Below are positions 18,373 through 28,867 of a stretch of DNA of 43,639 nucleotides, in pieces. Source of the stretch: a virus. Taxonomy: Duplodnaviria; Heunggongvirae; Uroviricota; Caudoviricetes. The DNA lies in IMG/VR virus record IMGVR_UViG_2617270952_000006; one strand, given 5' to 3'. The notes beneath the pieces were generated by a model that saw only the letters and a program-made list of their open reading frames with translations, made no database searches and was not told the origin of the DNA. The position numbers and the translations under genes are program-made. Each line of letters starts with the position of its first letter. The first letter of the stretch is position 1.

Positions 18373-19644
18373 TTACGGATTACCGAAGAACTGACCGCCC
18401 ATGTGAGGGTTAAAGCACACATATGCAGGCAGTAAGTCGAAGCGCATTTTTTGCACGTTGGCATCGCCATCTGCGTATTTATGTACGCGGATGGAGAAAC
18501 CTTCATATGTTGCAACAGCAGAATCAATACTGTGCAGTTTCGGCAGTGGGATAGAGCCAAGTCCACAGAAGAACTTGTTATAGAACAGGTTTGGCTTCAT
18601 TGTCTGGCTAGCAGTGCCTACTACAGATACGGCATCGCCTGCCGCTACCTGACGACTTACAGAGTTGTACTGCGGGTTTGTAGTGTCATAAATCGGAACA
18701 CCAGAAAGCGTAACCGTCACATCGCCACTGCTGTCTGAATTAGCATCAGCAGTAACCGTTGCAGTGAAGCTAATTGGTGTGGCTCCGTTATACAACGCCT
18801 GTTTGGTCTGCTGTTGCAGCCAGTAGGTATTGGTGAATTTAACCTGATCACCAGCTTTCAGAAAACCTGTAACGCTGGCTGTCGCTCCGGTCAATGTTAC
18901 AGTGAACTGGTATGAGTCTTTAACTGCGTTATAGGTAACAGTTGGCTGTGTTTTGACTGTCAGTGTTCCGCCAAATGCCCCCTGCGTACGAGAGGCAAGC
19001 CCATTAGACATCAGTGCGCGAATGCCGCCAAAATTGGTTGGGATCTGCGCATTCTCCCATGCAGTACGAACCAATTGATCTGAAGCGTGCAAACCAGTCT
19101 GCGCATCAGCAAGTCGCTGTGCAGACCATGGATCCATTACAGCATAGTTTTCACCTTCATTAACGCCGAGATCTTTCAGGAAAGATGCCGTCTGCGCAAC
19201 ATCAGACCATTTGGTGATTGGAGTATTGGGGCTACCAAGTGACAACGCACCGTTATTCATCATGAAGTGAGCAAGCTCTGTTTCAAGGTCGGTAACGATT
19301 CGCTGGCGAACCGGCGCGAGAATTTCTTCCAGTTGGTTAAGCTTGATCGCTTCCTCCAGTTGCTGATATTCAACAGCAACAGTGATGTAGTTACCTACAC
19401 GCCCCGTTGCTTTACCTGAGTTCAGGTTGTTTTTATTTTGCCCTGAAATATCACCAGTGGGAGTACGGAGGGATGAGAATTGATGCGGACGTTTAAAGCT
19501 AACGCTATCGCCAGTGCTGGAGTTGATTTCACCTGCCAGCAACTGACGGTCTACGGTTTTCGCCAGAACTAAATCTGACATAAAACCAGGAAGGAATTTT
19601 TTCAGAACGATTTGACTGACGTTACTGTCGAGATTGTTAGGCAT
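18373..19644 (-). CDS. Major coat protein (P22/Sf6-type)
   Basis: 423-aa ORF in coat position after the scaffold gene; size matches Sf6-type coat proteins. Confidence 0.85.
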   Translation of the reverse strand: MPNNLDSNVSQIVLKKFLPGFMSDLVLAKTVDRQLLAGEINSSTGDSVSFKRPHQFSSLRTPTGDISGQNKNNLNSGKATGRVGNYITVAVEYQQLEEAIKLNQLEEILAPVRQRIVTDLETELAHFMMNNGALSLGSPNTPITKWSDVAQTASFLKDLGVNEGENYAVMDPWSAQRLADAQTGLHASDQLVRTAWENAQIPTNFGGIRALMSNGLASRTQGAFGGTLTVKTQPTVTYNAVKDSYQFTVTLTGATASVTGFLKAGDQVKFTNTYWLQQQTKQALYNGATPISFTATVTADANSDSSGDVTVTLSGVPIYDTTNPQYNSVSRQVAAGDAVSVVGTASQTMKPNLFYNKFFCGLGSIPLPKLHSIDSAVATYEGFSIRVHKYADGDANVQKMRFDLLPAYVCFNPHMGGQFFGNP

Positions 19645-19655
19645 TTATCTTTTCC

Positions 19656-20540
19656 TTATTCGATTTTTGCGCCGGGGCATAATTTGTTGAATTCGTCTTG
19701 TTTCGCATCAGCACCGCCACCACGTACTTCCGGCTCTGGCTTGATGGCTTTCTTTGGTTTTGGAGCAAGGCTTACCTGTTTGCTAATCTGCCCCAAGAGG
19801 AATGCTGCGCGAATTGGATCTGTCTCAGCGGCTACACGCTGGCGTAATTGCTGGCTCTTACCTAAGCCATAGGCGAGTAGTTCAGAGCCTTCGTCTGCAC
19901 AGTGAATGATGATTTCCTGCTGAATTGGTGGTAGCTCACTAAGAACAATGGCCTCCATTTCCTGATAATCTTTCACAGGAAGTTTGGCTGCCCGTTGTTT
20001 ATGCGCTTCTACCCTTTGCTGGAAACGCTGTTGGTATTCCTGTTGCTGACGTAGTTTTTGTTGCTGCTGCTGTTCGACACGGCCTTTTTTCTCATGCCAA
20101 TCAGTCAATGCCTGTTCAAACGCCTGTTCGTCATAATCACACGACTCAAGAGTCGGTTTTGGTGGAATAGCGTCTGGTTGTGGTTGCTGATGTTCCGCAG
20201 GCTTGGCTAATGCTTCCTCAAGCTGGCGGCGCAACTCACGGTTTTCTTTCTGTGTTTCTTTGAAGCCTTTGCGAAGATCTTTCACCCATTGCGGTGCAGG
20301 TTGCCCGTCAATGTGATCATCATCGTCAGCGTTAAGCTGAATTTCTTCATCACCAATACGCAAGGCGTAATCTTCTGGTGTCTCTTCGGTTTTTTCAGGC
20401 TCAGTTGCCACCTCTTTACCGTTGTCATCCTGGCTTTCATTCTCAGGCTGTGACTCTGTTTGGATGATGGTTTCTTCTGCATTTTCCTGTGTTTCAGACA
20501 GGCCAATAACCTGACCGTCGATGATCAGTTCGTTTTCCAT
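19656..20540 (-). CDS. Scaffolding protein
   Basis: 294-aa highly charged, Q/E-rich helical protein between portal and coat genes. Confidence 0.8.
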   Translation of the reverse strand: MENELIIDGQVIGLSETQENAEETIIQTESQPENESQDDNGKEVATEPEKTEETPEDYALRIGDEEIQLNADDDDHIDGQPAPQWVKDLRKGFKETQKENRELRRQLEEALAKPAEHQQPQPDAIPPKPTLESCDYDEQAFEQALTDWHEKKGRVEQQQQQKLRQQQEYQQRFQQRVEAHKQRAAKLPVKDYQEMEAIVLSELPPIQQEIIIHCADEGSELLAYGLGKSQQLRQRVAAETDPIRAAFLLGQISKQVSLAPKPKKAIKPEPEVRGGGADAKQDEFNKLCPGAKIE

Positions 20541-20553
20541 TGATTACTCCTAG

Positions 20554-22680
20554 TTAACTCGGCATTAAGTCTGCCGGAGACTGTGGTGGTGACTGGAATT
20601 GCTGTTGTTGTGACTCGGAGACATCTTTCAGAAGGCGTATTGCCTCCATCACTGCTTTGTCATCGATGTTTCTGGCTTGGGCCAGTTTATAGACAGTGTT
20701 TGCCTGACTCTCCATCGCATCCTGCTGGGCAGTAAATGCTTTGATTTGAGTTTGAGCAGTTTCGTTAGTTGCTTTTTGCGCTTCTGCCTGCGCTGCTACC
20801 ATTTGCGCCTGAGCGAGAACCATTTCAGGATTTGGCTGGCTTTGTGCTGCCATTTGCGCCTGTTGAACAATCTGCTGCTCTTTCTCATTGCGTGGTTTTG
20901 CAATACCAGATATCAGCAGTTGGTTTCGGTTGTACTCTTTGAAGTCATCAAGGCCTTCGCCATCGATATTGTCCAGAATAATACCCTGAATTGCCGGGCG
21001 CATTGGGTCTGTTGGAAGCATAGAGCTAAGGACATTTGTCAGTACAGAAACCGTTGCATCACGTCGTGCTGTGTAGCTTGGTCCAACATCAACCGTCACA
21101 TCGTATCGACCGACAGAAAGGTCATTTAACGCAACAACAGCCCCTGTTTGCCTGTCAACAACCTGTGCGCTCAGGACAGCGATATCATCACTTCCATCTT
21201 CGTTAACGATGCGCACTTCACGTTCTGAACCGTACACTTCACGCGCCATTGACAGCCATACTTCACCAGCGCGTTTAAGACTTTTCGCCATATTGTCCAG
21301 ATAGATAAACGAAGCCATATCTGCTCTGTTCATCAAGTTGTTAACCGTTTCCTGAGCAATATTACTTGGCATCTGCTGCATGGCCTGACTGCCGCCTGTA
21401 ACCTCCTGAATATCTGCACTGGTTTGCTGTAGTAATGCAGCCAATGCCTGATTCATAACCGCAGGCTGTGTATATCCTGCCGGGGTAGCTCCAGCGATAA
21501 TGTTGCCAGATTTATCTCTCACTTCGCGCAACGGCAAGAACGCTGGGCGTTTCTTGTTGCGAGCCTCCCAGTGCTTCTCAAGTCCACGAATTTGCTCCAT
21601 GCCAACTATAGGAATCTGACCGGGGTCTTGCGCTGCAGTATCAGCCAGCATTGAAACCTGAAGGTTGTACAAACGCTGTGGATCCATTGCTTTTGCAATG
21701 TGCCCTTCGACACGCTCAATGTCATCAATGAACCAGCGTTTTCCATAAACCGGGATGAGTGGGATATGCTCACCAGGAATACGTCGAGGGTTCTCAAGGA
21801 AACCATCACCATCCACTACGGATACATACACACGACGGCGCTTCACTGAGCGCCTTGCCACTTCATGAAATCCAGCTATTGCCAGTTCATCTTCAATATC
21901 TTCAACCTGATCACTGTCGTATGTTGCAATCTCTCCAGTGATTGGATGTCGATAACTGATGACGTCAACAGACTCTTTACGAACTTCGTAATACTTCGCT
22001 ATGTAAATAACATCTGCACCAAACCAGTTATATTCCCAACTGGTCATAGACGTTACATCCAGAGAAGTAGGAGGTTTCTTTCCGTATTCAGCCTCATATT
22101 TTTCAGGTGACAACGAATACATACAGAACGCCCACAACGCGTCAGATTTGTCGTACTTCTTAGCGTCAGGGTCAAACCACACAGAGCGCGACGGGTCGTA
22201 TATTGGTTCAATAGCAATACGCTGACGATCGTCCATGGGGTCGTATTCATTGACCAGCATCGACGTCAAACGGAAGCAACCGAAACCACCAGTAGCAGCG
22301 TCGTCAAATGCATTATCGCAAGCCTCACCGCCATCAGTTTCTTCGTAGTCAGCACGGAACAGACCATTTAATTTATTGGCTAACTCTTCGCTTGCCTCTC
22401 TGTCACCAGGACGAAACTTAACGGTTATTCTGTTATTGCGGTATTCTGCAATGATGCGGTTAAGTTCAGTTGCTACCTTATTGATTTCAAACTTAGGATA
22501 CTTCTCGAACTGCTCATCAAGCTTAGTTCCAGCCGCCGTTGCTCCTTCCCATTGACCTCCGGGGACACGAGCAAACCTCGTAGCTTCAATGCACTTTTCG
22601 CGCACTTCCTTCTGTGGAGAATAGGCGCGGTCAAACCTGAGCATGATCCGCTCATGTTTTTTCTCTAATGTCTCTGCCAT
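20554..22680 (-). CDS. Portal protein (P22 gp1 / Sf6 gp3-like)
   Basis: 708-aa product from ATG 22680 (MAETLEKKHERIMLRFD..), with conserved portal core (..VKRRRVY..GEHIP..PV.G) and Q/A-rich C-terminal barrel region. Confidence 0.9.
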   Translation of the reverse strand: MAETLEKKHERIMLRFDRAYSPQKEVREKCIEATRFARVPGGQWEGATAAGTKLDEQFEKYPKFEINKVATELNRIIAEYRNNRITVKFRPGDREASEELANKLNGLFRADYEETDGGEACDNAFDDAATGGFGCFRLTSMLVNEYDPMDDRQRIAIEPIYDPSRSVWFDPDAKKYDKSDALWAFCMYSLSPEKYEAEYGKKPPTSLDVTSMTSWEYNWFGADVIYIAKYYEVRKESVDVISYRHPITGEIATYDSDQVEDIEDELAIAGFHEVARRSVKRRRVYVSVVDGDGFLENPRRIPGEHIPLIPVYGKRWFIDDIERVEGHIAKAMDPQRLYNLQVSMLADTAAQDPGQIPIVGMEQIRGLEKHWEARNKKRPAFLPLREVRDKSGNIIAGATPAGYTQPAVMNQALAALLQQTSADIQEVTGGSQAMQQMPSNIAQETVNNLMNRADMASFIYLDNMAKSLKRAGEVWLSMAREVYGSEREVRIVNEDGSDDIAVLSAQVVDRQTGAVVALNDLSVGRYDVTVDVGPSYTARRDATVSVLTNVLSSMLPTDPMRPAIQGIILDNIDGEGLDDFKEYNRNQLLISGIAKPRNEKEQQIVQQAQMAAQSQPNPEMVLAQAQMVAAQAEAQKATNETAQTQIKAFTAQQDAMESQANTVYKLAQARNIDDKAVMEAIRLLKDVSESQQQQFQSPPQSPADLMPS

Positions 22681-22682
22681 GT

Positions 22683-24095
22683 TTACCAACCGGAGGATGA
22701 GGGAACGTATATTTCTGCTTCTTCGCGGACCAATGCCGGGCAATGCATACACATCATCAGCGCATCAGCCAGGTTAGGAGATGGAATACCGAGCTTCTGC
22801 TTCATTTCGACCTTAGTCATAAGCTCCAGCTTCCCGTTATTATTGAATTTGCGCTGAATCTGCGTCAGTTCTGCAAACAGCTTCTCCAGCATCTTCTCGC
22901 CTATCGCTTCTTTGTCGAAACTCAGCATGTCGTCTGGGTCTGCATACTCACCGTGGACAACCGCCCGATATGTCAGATACAGCCTGTCAGCCAGCGCGTA
23001 ATAGAATTGCGCTCGCTTATTGCGGAATACATCGCCAATAGTGCGAACGTTGTCGCCCTGCACGACTTCATCAGCCCATGCTCCGGCCTGATACGGCGCA
23101 TCTTCATCGAATGGCGATTCGCTGCCCTTGAACATCGTGGCGGTGATTTTCTTGCCGGAGAACGCTTCCGTTGTCTGTCTGCGTAGTCCGGCACCGACAC
23201 CATCACCATCCCACAGGTAGTGGTCAGCGCCGTCTTCAATCGCCAGCGAAGTAGCCCAGTCAGCGCCCTCGTTGATGTCCATCAGCAGACCTTCGGCAAT
23301 ACGCTTAACTACCGAACCGTGACGCGATGCGTAACCTTTAGCATCTGGACCTGTATCTGACGGGTCATGCGCAGAGACAACGGCGCCTTTCGCCTTCCAT
23401 CCGAGTTTCTTGTGCGCATCGGTTGCGGCTTCAAGCCATTCACGTTTGATAATTGCCATATCACTTGCGCTCACTGGCTCACCAAGCCAGATGTGACGAT
23501 ACAGTGTCGGGGTTCTGCGTTTACACTCTTCCATCTCCAGACGGAGGACTTCAGGAAAGTGCGGGTTGTCGGTGTAGTTCACTGTCAGCAGACAAATATC
23601 ATCGGGAGGATTTACAACGAATCGCTGATAGGTATCGTCGAGTATGTTCTTCGGGTTAAAGCTCACCCATATTTCAGAGAACGGCTTACGGATGGTTGGT
23701 ATCAGGATATCCCATGATTCCTTCGTTACCGCTTCCGCTTCTTCCACCCAGCAGATATCAATGCCTTCGAGCGATTTAATCTTCGTCGGGTTGTTTTTGA
23801 TGCCGTAGAACATGAATTCAGCATTCGTTCCGAGATGACGAATCATTGAACGCTGAATTTCAAACTCAGCCGAATACCCTTCCCGCTCGATGGTGTCTTC
23901 AAGCAACCGAATTACCGAATCGCTGATACTGTTTTGCAGTTCACGAGCGCAGAGTATGCGCACCGGCTGCCGACGCGCCGCTTCAACAAGCAGCCTCGCA
24001 ATTGCCCATGATTTACCGCTACCTCGACCGCCTTTGGCGACTTTGTAGCGATGCGCCTCAATGAACGGTTCAAAGATAGGATTAATCGAGGTCAT
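22683..24095 (-). CDS. Terminase large subunit
   Basis: 470-aa product with Walker A (..KGGRGSGKSWA..) and C-terminal nuclease region; start overlaps TerS stop. Confidence 0.9.
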   Translation of the reverse strand: MTSINPIFEPFIEAHRYKVAKGGRGSGKSWAIARLLVEAARRQPVRILCARELQNSISDSVIRLLEDTIEREGYSAEFEIQRSMIRHLGTNAEFMFYGIKNNPTKIKSLEGIDICWVEEAEAVTKESWDILIPTIRKPFSEIWVSFNPKNILDDTYQRFVVNPPDDICLLTVNYTDNPHFPEVLRLEMEECKRRTPTLYRHIWLGEPVSASDMAIIKREWLEAATDAHKKLGWKAKGAVVSAHDPSDTGPDAKGYASRHGSVVKRIAEGLLMDINEGADWATSLAIEDGADHYLWDGDGVGAGLRRQTTEAFSGKKITATMFKGSESPFDEDAPYQAGAWADEVVQGDNVRTIGDVFRNKRAQFYYALADRLYLTYRAVVHGEYADPDDMLSFDKEAIGEKMLEKLFAELTQIQRKFNNNGKLELMTKVEMKQKLGIPSPNLADALMMCMHCPALVREEAEIYVPSSSGW

Positions 24096-24517
24096 TTTCC
24101 GAATAGAGTGCTCATCGGTGATGTTTCAATCTGAATTGCGCCGCCGTCTTTGCCGACAAGCTCGTTAGTTACTTTGTCGCCATACTTACGGGGATTCATT
24201 CGGGCCAGCGCCCATTTGCGGGTATCAACGCGAAGTCTTGCCTTTGCCACCTCAGCAGCATCTGGAATCGCAGTGTCAGCAATTTCGAATATCTCTTCGA
24301 AAATAGAATCAGCTCGTGCCTCAGTTGCCTTCGCGTACTTGTCTCTAAATTCTTCATGCTCTGACAGCCAGCGAAATACAGTAGCCTTTGCTGGCATGCC
24401 GGGGCGCTTGCAAACCTTAACCAGACTTTCCCCGGAGGCAAGCAGCGCACAGATATCATCAGCCACCTCCGGTAGGTAATCCGAAGGGCGACCGACATTC
24501 TTTTTCTCAGTCGCCAT
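24092..24517 (-). CDS. Terminase small subunit (Sf6 gp1-type)
   Basis: 141-aa product (MATEKKNVGRPSDY.PEVADDIC.LL.SGESL.KVCKRPGMP....) recognised as Sf6-type small terminase. Confidence 0.85.
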   Translation of the reverse strand: MATEKKNVGRPSDYLPEVADDICALLASGESLVKVCKRPGMPAKATVFRWLSEHEEFRDKYAKATEARADSIFEEIFEIADTAIPDAAEVAKARLRVDTRKWALARMNPRKYGDKVTNELVGKDGGAIQIETSPMSTLFGK

Positions 24518-24596
24518 ATTGATTATTTCCCTTCTGCTTGCTTATCCCATTCATCGCGGAATTTGGATGGGTTGTCGAAACCTTGAGTTGCCATGT

Positions 24597-24839
24597 TTAT
24601 GCTCCGGTAGTGAACAGGTCTAACGCTTCCTTCGATTTACGCACCGCTTCGATAGTGCGGGTCGTGATATCTGAATTAGCGCCACCTGACTGGAAGTGAA
24701 TCTTGAATAGCTCAAGCTTCAGCTCGTCAGTGCCAATGAATTGAAATGCTTCTTCTGCGGCTGCGTTCTGGTTCATGACCAGTTTGTAAATCTCTAACTG
24801 GAATTTCTGTTCTTCAGTCATGGGAATAATCTCTGCCAT
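24597..24839 (-). CDS. Hypothetical protein (80 aa) upstream of terminase genes
   Basis: ORF on the late-gene strand; no recognised motif. Confidence 0.5.
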   Translation of the reverse strand: MAEIIPMTEEQKFQLEIYKLVMNQNAAAEEAFQFIGTDELKLELFKIHFQSGGANSDITTRTIEAVRKSKEALDLFTTGA

Positions 24840-24942
24840 TGTTGGCTCCGTTTATCCGTTAAAAGGGATATCAGTTAAGTTATCCCGTGTAGGGTATAAG
24901 CCATTATCAAAGCCACTCTGTAGGGAATGGCTTTTGTAATAA

Positions 24943-25317
24943 CTACTGTTCGCTTAGCTTCTGCTTCAGCAAGTAACCTTCGAGCATCCAGATTTTGTTT
25001 ACAGCATTCTGCCGGGCAATCTTCCGACCAATTTCTGCATCAAAGTTTTCCGGGCTTGCACAGGCACTCTCTCCGGTAACGGTGAAGCCATTCTTCAGTA
25101 CCAATACGCAGAAAGTGAGAAGGTGCAGAGCATCAGGGGTGGCTTCGACATAAGGCTCCGGATTATAAATAAGGTCATCTTCTTTAGCCTGGTGGTCACC
25201 CTGCGCAGCAGTGAAAAAATGCTCACTGCAAATGAGGCCTTCAATTTTCTCGGGTGTTACACGCGGTGCCGTTTTGCCTTTCTCAACGATTTCTTTTTCG
25301 ATTTGCTGGTCGTTCAT
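24943..25317 (-). CDS. Hypothetical protein (124 aa)
   Basis: ORF on the late-gene strand between Rha and terminase genes. Confidence 0.5.
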   Translation of the reverse strand: MNDQQIEKEIVEKGKTAPRVTPEKIEGLICSEHFFTAAQGDHQAKEDDLIYNPEPYVEATPDALHLLTFCVLVLKNGFTVTGESACASPENFDAEIGRKIARQNAVNKIWMLEGYLLKQKLSEQ

Positions 25318-25600
25318 AATTATGCCCCTGTGGAGTGGTTGCTTGATTAGGATGTCTTTCCATCAGTCCGCCACCACAAAGAATCTTTTTTGCCATAAGG
25401 CAGGAGGTTCATCTTTCAGTGGCTGCCAGTGTTATTTCCCCACTTTCTGGCTTGGGTTGCTTCGTGGTACTGCCGTAACTGGTGGTGCACAGATTTAGTT
25501 AAATCTGTTCTCGCCTGAACTATCTTTTACATACCCGGATTGTGGGGATGTAAATCACGGTTTCATTATCAAGCCCACCCGTAGATGGGCTTTGGAATGG

Positions 25601-26119
25601 TCACTTTGGCAGTCCGGGGATCGATATTTGCGCCTGCTGCTCAAGCCTTTCGATTCTTGCTATGAGTTGCAGTTTTTTGACCCTGCCCCAGCGGTTCAGC
25701 AAGCGTCCTGACATACTGGCAACATCCTTTTCCTTCATGAACTCCAGCATTAACTCGTTGTGCTCTCTTTGGTATGAGTGAGCCATCTCCATCAGCCTGT
25801 CACGCATCCAATTAAATGCTTTGATAAACGCCTCTTTGATGGCGGCAGCTTTTTTGCCGGTAAACGACATGATGATGTACATCGCACCGTCTTTGGAAAT
25901 TTCATATTCAACATACTGATTACCCTTGTGTTCATAGGTAACCCGCGAAAAGTTGCTGGTTAGAAATTCATCAGAACAGTCTAGCTTTTCGATTTTCTGA
26001 ATGATGTGGTGATGCTGCTTGTCGAAGTAAGCTGCTACCTTGCGGGAGGTTGTGATCACGCGATCACCAGAAACAACCACCATGTCCCGGAAATCGAGAT
26101 TAGCCAATTGATGATTCAT
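25601..26119 (-). CDS. rha: Rha-family phage regulatory protein
   Basis: Start taken at MNHQLANLDFRDMVVVSGDRVITTSRKVAAYF..; position between lysis and terminase genes as for P22 rha; ORF track extends upstream to 26275. Confidence 0.7.
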   Translation of the reverse strand: MNHQLANLDFRDMVVVSGDRVITTSRKVAAYFDKQHHHIIQKIEKLDCSDEFLTSNFSRVTYEHKGNQYVEYEISKDGAMYIIMSFTGKKAAAIKEAFIKAFNWMRDRLMEMAHSYQREHNELMLEFMKEKDVASMSGRLLNRWGRVKKLQLIARIERLEQQAQISIPGLPK

Positions 26120-26460
26120 AGCGTCTTTACCTTTTAGAAAGTGAGCCTGTCTCACAGAAAAGCCGCCCGAGAGAGGTCGCCACCTATAACGGCATTTCTC
26201 AGGCTCGCTTACTGAAAGGCTCTCGTTAATATGCGCGTGAGATGCGCTGTGAAATACAGATATAAAAAGCCCCACGAATGCGAGGCTAAATCCTGGTATT
26301 TGTAATGACTGGCTCTTATCTCAACGCAGCCCCTTACCGCGCGCCAGATGCTCAATATCAAGCATCAGCAATGAGATGTTTAATCTGGATTCACTCCAGA
26401 AGTGATCACCACCCTGTCTACAGAGCCAGATGTGAAGGATGATGAGTAAAATTATCGCTA

Positions 26461-26898
26461 TCATCGAAGGCATTGCGTCCTGATGTACTCCTGCAGGTAG
26501 TTAACCTGCGCGGTTATCCTGTCGATTCCACTTCTGAGACGGTAATAATTGAGTTCAGCATCTGCTGTAAGTCTTGGGCTTTCTCCATCGCCCATGCTGC
26601 TGGCTCCGGTCGTTGGCTTTGCACAGGTGGCGGCGACTTGCAGGCGCTTACGACCAGCAGAAACATCAGCACGGAGGCTTTCGATAGTCGCGTTAGCATC
26701 AGCAAGCTCCTTTGTGTATCTGGCGTCGAGTTCTGCTACATCACGTTGACGCTTCTGCATATCAGCGATTGTGGATGCGGCTTTGTCGCGCTGGGCTTTG
26801 TAGGCGATGGCGTTATCACGGTAATGATTAACAGCCCATGACAGACAGACGATGATGCAAATAACCAGAGCGGAGATAATCGCAGTTACCCTGCTCAT
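26461..26898 (-). CDS. Rz: Rz i-spanin
   Basis: N-terminal TM anchor ([21 protein letters not shown]) then coiled-coil periplasmic domain; start overlaps endolysin stop (ATGA). Confidence 0.8.
   Translation of the reverse strand: MSRVTAIISALVICIIVCLSWAVNHYRDNAIAYKAQRDKAASTIADMQKRQRDVAELDARYTKELADANATIESLRADVSAGRKRLQVAATCAKPTTGASSMGDGESPRLTADAELNYYRLRSGIDRITAQVNYLQEYIRTQCLR
26514..26705 (-). CDS. Rz1: Rz1 o-spanin, embedded in Rz in alternate frame
   Basis: Lipoprotein signal (..[10 protein letters not shown]) followed by proline-rich short mature region, entirely within Rz. Confidence 0.7.
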   Translation of the reverse strand: MLMLTRLSKASVLMFLLVVSACKSPPPVQSQRPEPAAWAMEKAQDLQQMLNSIITVSEVESTG

Positions 26899-27398
26899 TG
26901 TTGCCCCCACAAACAGACCTCACGCTCAATCTCACGACGAGTCATCAGGCCTTTCCATTGCTTACCGCCAGCGTATGCCCAGCGACGTAGCTGGTCACAT
27001 GCGCCCTTGATATCGCCCTGGTTTATTTTGCGAAGAAGAGTAGATGTTCTGAAATTGCCTGCGCCCACGTTATAGACGAACGAGTAAAGAGCGCCGCGCG
27101 TTGTTTCCGGTATATCGACTTTGATGTACGGGTTAATTTGTCTGGCTACCGTGGCAAGGTCTTTATTCAGGAGGGCTTTGCATTCTGCTTCGGTATACGT
27201 TTTACCGGGAATGATGTCTTTTCCTGTATGCCCGTGACATACAGTCCATACGCCAACAATATCTTTGTATGGTATGTAGCTGACACCTTCCAGACCATCG
27301 TTACCACTTGGCCCAGTGATTAACACAGATGCTATAGCAATAGCCCCGCCACTTATCGCCGCTATTACGCTATTTCGTAGTGCCGGTGACATTGCCAT
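26895..27398 (-). CDS. SAR endolysin (glycoside hydrolase family 24 lysozyme with N-terminal signal-anchor-release domain)
   Basis: Gly/Ala-rich weakly hydrophobic N-terminus (..[19 protein letters not shown]..) then lysozyme catalytic E-8x-D-5x-T pattern (..[23 protein letters not shown]..). Confidence 0.85.
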   Translation of the reverse strand: MAMSPALRNSVIAAISGGAIAIASVLITGPSGNDGLEGVSYIPYKDIVGVWTVCHGHTGKDIIPGKTYTEAECKALLNKDLATVARQINPYIKVDIPETTRGALYSFVYNVGAGNFRTSTLLRKINQGDIKGACDQLRRWAYAGGKQWKGLMTRREIEREVCLWGQQ

Positions 27399-27573
27399 TC
27401 AATCTGTCCTCGCGCTCTTTGCGCTTGTAGTACCAGTTGATGCCAAATGTGCCGACAGTACAAAGAATACCAATGATGACAGCCCAGTCATTCAGGGAGA
27501 GAATGCCACCCATCGCAGTCAGTCCTCCGAAGCTGTAACTGAACCATTCTCTGATTTTGTCCATACGGTACAT
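27370..27573 (-). CDS. Pinholin-type class II holin with dual-start motif
   Basis: 67-aa protein MYRMDKI.. with two TM segments and charged C-terminus; overlaps SAR endolysin start, as in phage 21-type lysis cassettes. Confidence 0.75.
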   Translation of the reverse strand: MYRMDKIREWFSYSFGGLTAMGGILSLNDWAVIIGILCTVGTFGINWYYKRKEREDRLNGNVTGTTK

Positions 27574-27971
27574 GCTCTACCCCTTCATTGAGGGGATTTG
27601 CTCTATTTAATTAGGAATAAGGTCGATTACTGATAGAACAAATCCAGGCTACTGTGTTTAGTAATCAGATTTGTTCGTGACCGATATGCACGGGCAAAAC
27701 GGCAGGAGGTTGTTAGCGCAACCTCTTGCCACCCGTTTTCACGAAGGTCATGTGTAGAAGGCCGCAGCGTAACTATCACTGATGAATTCAGGATAGCCAG
27801 TGGCTACGGCTCAGTTTGGGTTGTGCTGTTGCTGGGCGGCGATGACGCCTGTACGCATTTGTTGATCCGGTTCTGCTTCCGGTATTCGCTTAATTCAGCA
27901 CAACGGAAAGAGCACTCGGTGCATTTAAGCCAAGCCCCATAAGGGAGAATGCCCTTACCTGTTGTGCAGAT

Positions 27972-28029
27972 ATAAAAAATCCCGAAACCGTTATGCAGGC
28001 TCTAACTATTACCTGCGAACTGTTTCGGG
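27972..28029 (-). terminator. tR'-like late terminator
   Basis: Minus-strand hairpin cccgaaac..gtttcggg followed by T-run; sequence recognised as near-identical to phage lambda tR'. Confidence 0.6.
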
Positions 28030-28164
28030 ATTGCATTTTGCAGACCTCTCAGCCTGCGATGGTTGGAGTTCCAGACGATACGTCGAAGTGACCAACTAGG
28101 CGGAATCGGTAGTAAGCGCCGCCTCTTTTTATCTCACTACCACAACGAGCGAATTAACCCATCG
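27972..28164 (-). ncRNA. 6S-like short late leader transcript (pR' to tR')
   Basis: Interval from predicted pR' start to tR' is ~190 nt and lambda-like in sequence; qut region expected at its 5' end. Confidence 0.45.
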
Positions 28165-28200
28165 TTGGGTCAAATTTACCCAACTTTATTCAAAAAGTCA
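28165..28200 (-). promoter_or_regulatory. Late promoter pR' (-35 TTGACT, 17-nt spacer, -10 TAAATT) with adjacent Q-utilisation region
   Basis: Minus-strand sequence ttgactttttgaataaagttgggtaaatt just downstream of Q; matches lambda pR' architecture. Confidence 0.6.
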
Positions 28201-28243
28201 ATATCATGCCGTTAATATGTTGCCATCCGTGGCAATCATGCTG

Positions 28244-28867
28244 CTAACGTGTGACCGCATTCAAAATGTTGTCTGCGATTGACTCTTCTTTGTGGCATTG
28301 CACCACCAGAGCGTCATACAGCGGCTTAACAGTGCGTGACCAGGTGGGTTGGGTAAGGTTTGGGATTAGCATCGTTACAGCGCGATATGCGGCGCTTGCT
28401 GGCATCCTTGAATAGCCGACGCCTTTGCATCTTCCGCACTCTTTCTCAACAACTCTCCCCCACTGCTCCGTTTTGGCTATATCAACCGCACGGCCTGTAC
28501 CGTGGCAATCTCTGCATCTTGCGCCCGGCGTCGCGGCACTACGGCAATAATCCGCATAAGCGAATGTTGCGAGCACTTGCAGTACCTTTGCCTTAGTATT
28601 TCCTTCAAGCTTTGCCACACCACGGTATTTCCCCGATACCTTGTGTGCAAATTGCATCAGATAGTTGATAGCCTTTTGTTTGTCGTTCTGGCTGAGTTCA
28701 TGCTTACCGCAGAATGCAGCCATTCCGAATCCGGCTTGTGATTGCGCCATCCCCATAGCAGCCATCACATCAGTACCGGAAAGAGAGTCAGAAGCCGTAG
28801 CCCGTGGTGAGTCGCTCATCATCGGGCTTTTTGGCGAATGAAATTTAGCTACGCTTTCGAGTCTCAT
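28244..28867 (-). CDS. Q: Late antiterminator Q (lambda-type)
   Basis: 207-aa product MRLESVAKFHSPKSPMMSDSPRATASDSLSGTDVMAAMGMAQSQAGFGMAAFCGKHELSQNDKQKAINYLMQFAHK.. recognised as lambda Q. Confidence 0.9.
   Translation of the reverse strand: MRLESVAKFHSPKSPMMSDSPRATASDSLSGTDVMAAMGMAQSQAGFGMAAFCGKHELSQNDKQKAINYLMQFAHKVSGKYRGVAKLEGNTKAKVLQVLATFAYADYCRSAATPGARCRDCHGTGRAVDIAKTEQWGRVVEKECGRCKGVGYSRMPASAAYRAVTMLIPNLTQPTWSRTVKPLYDALVVQCHKEESIADNILNAVTR

Noticed and set aside
27574-28243. Possible toxin, tRNA or other cargo downstream of Q
   Set aside because: Interval has no ORF of meaningful length and reads as lambda-like pR'/6S/tR' sequence; no cloverleaf-like tRNA sequence was recognised.
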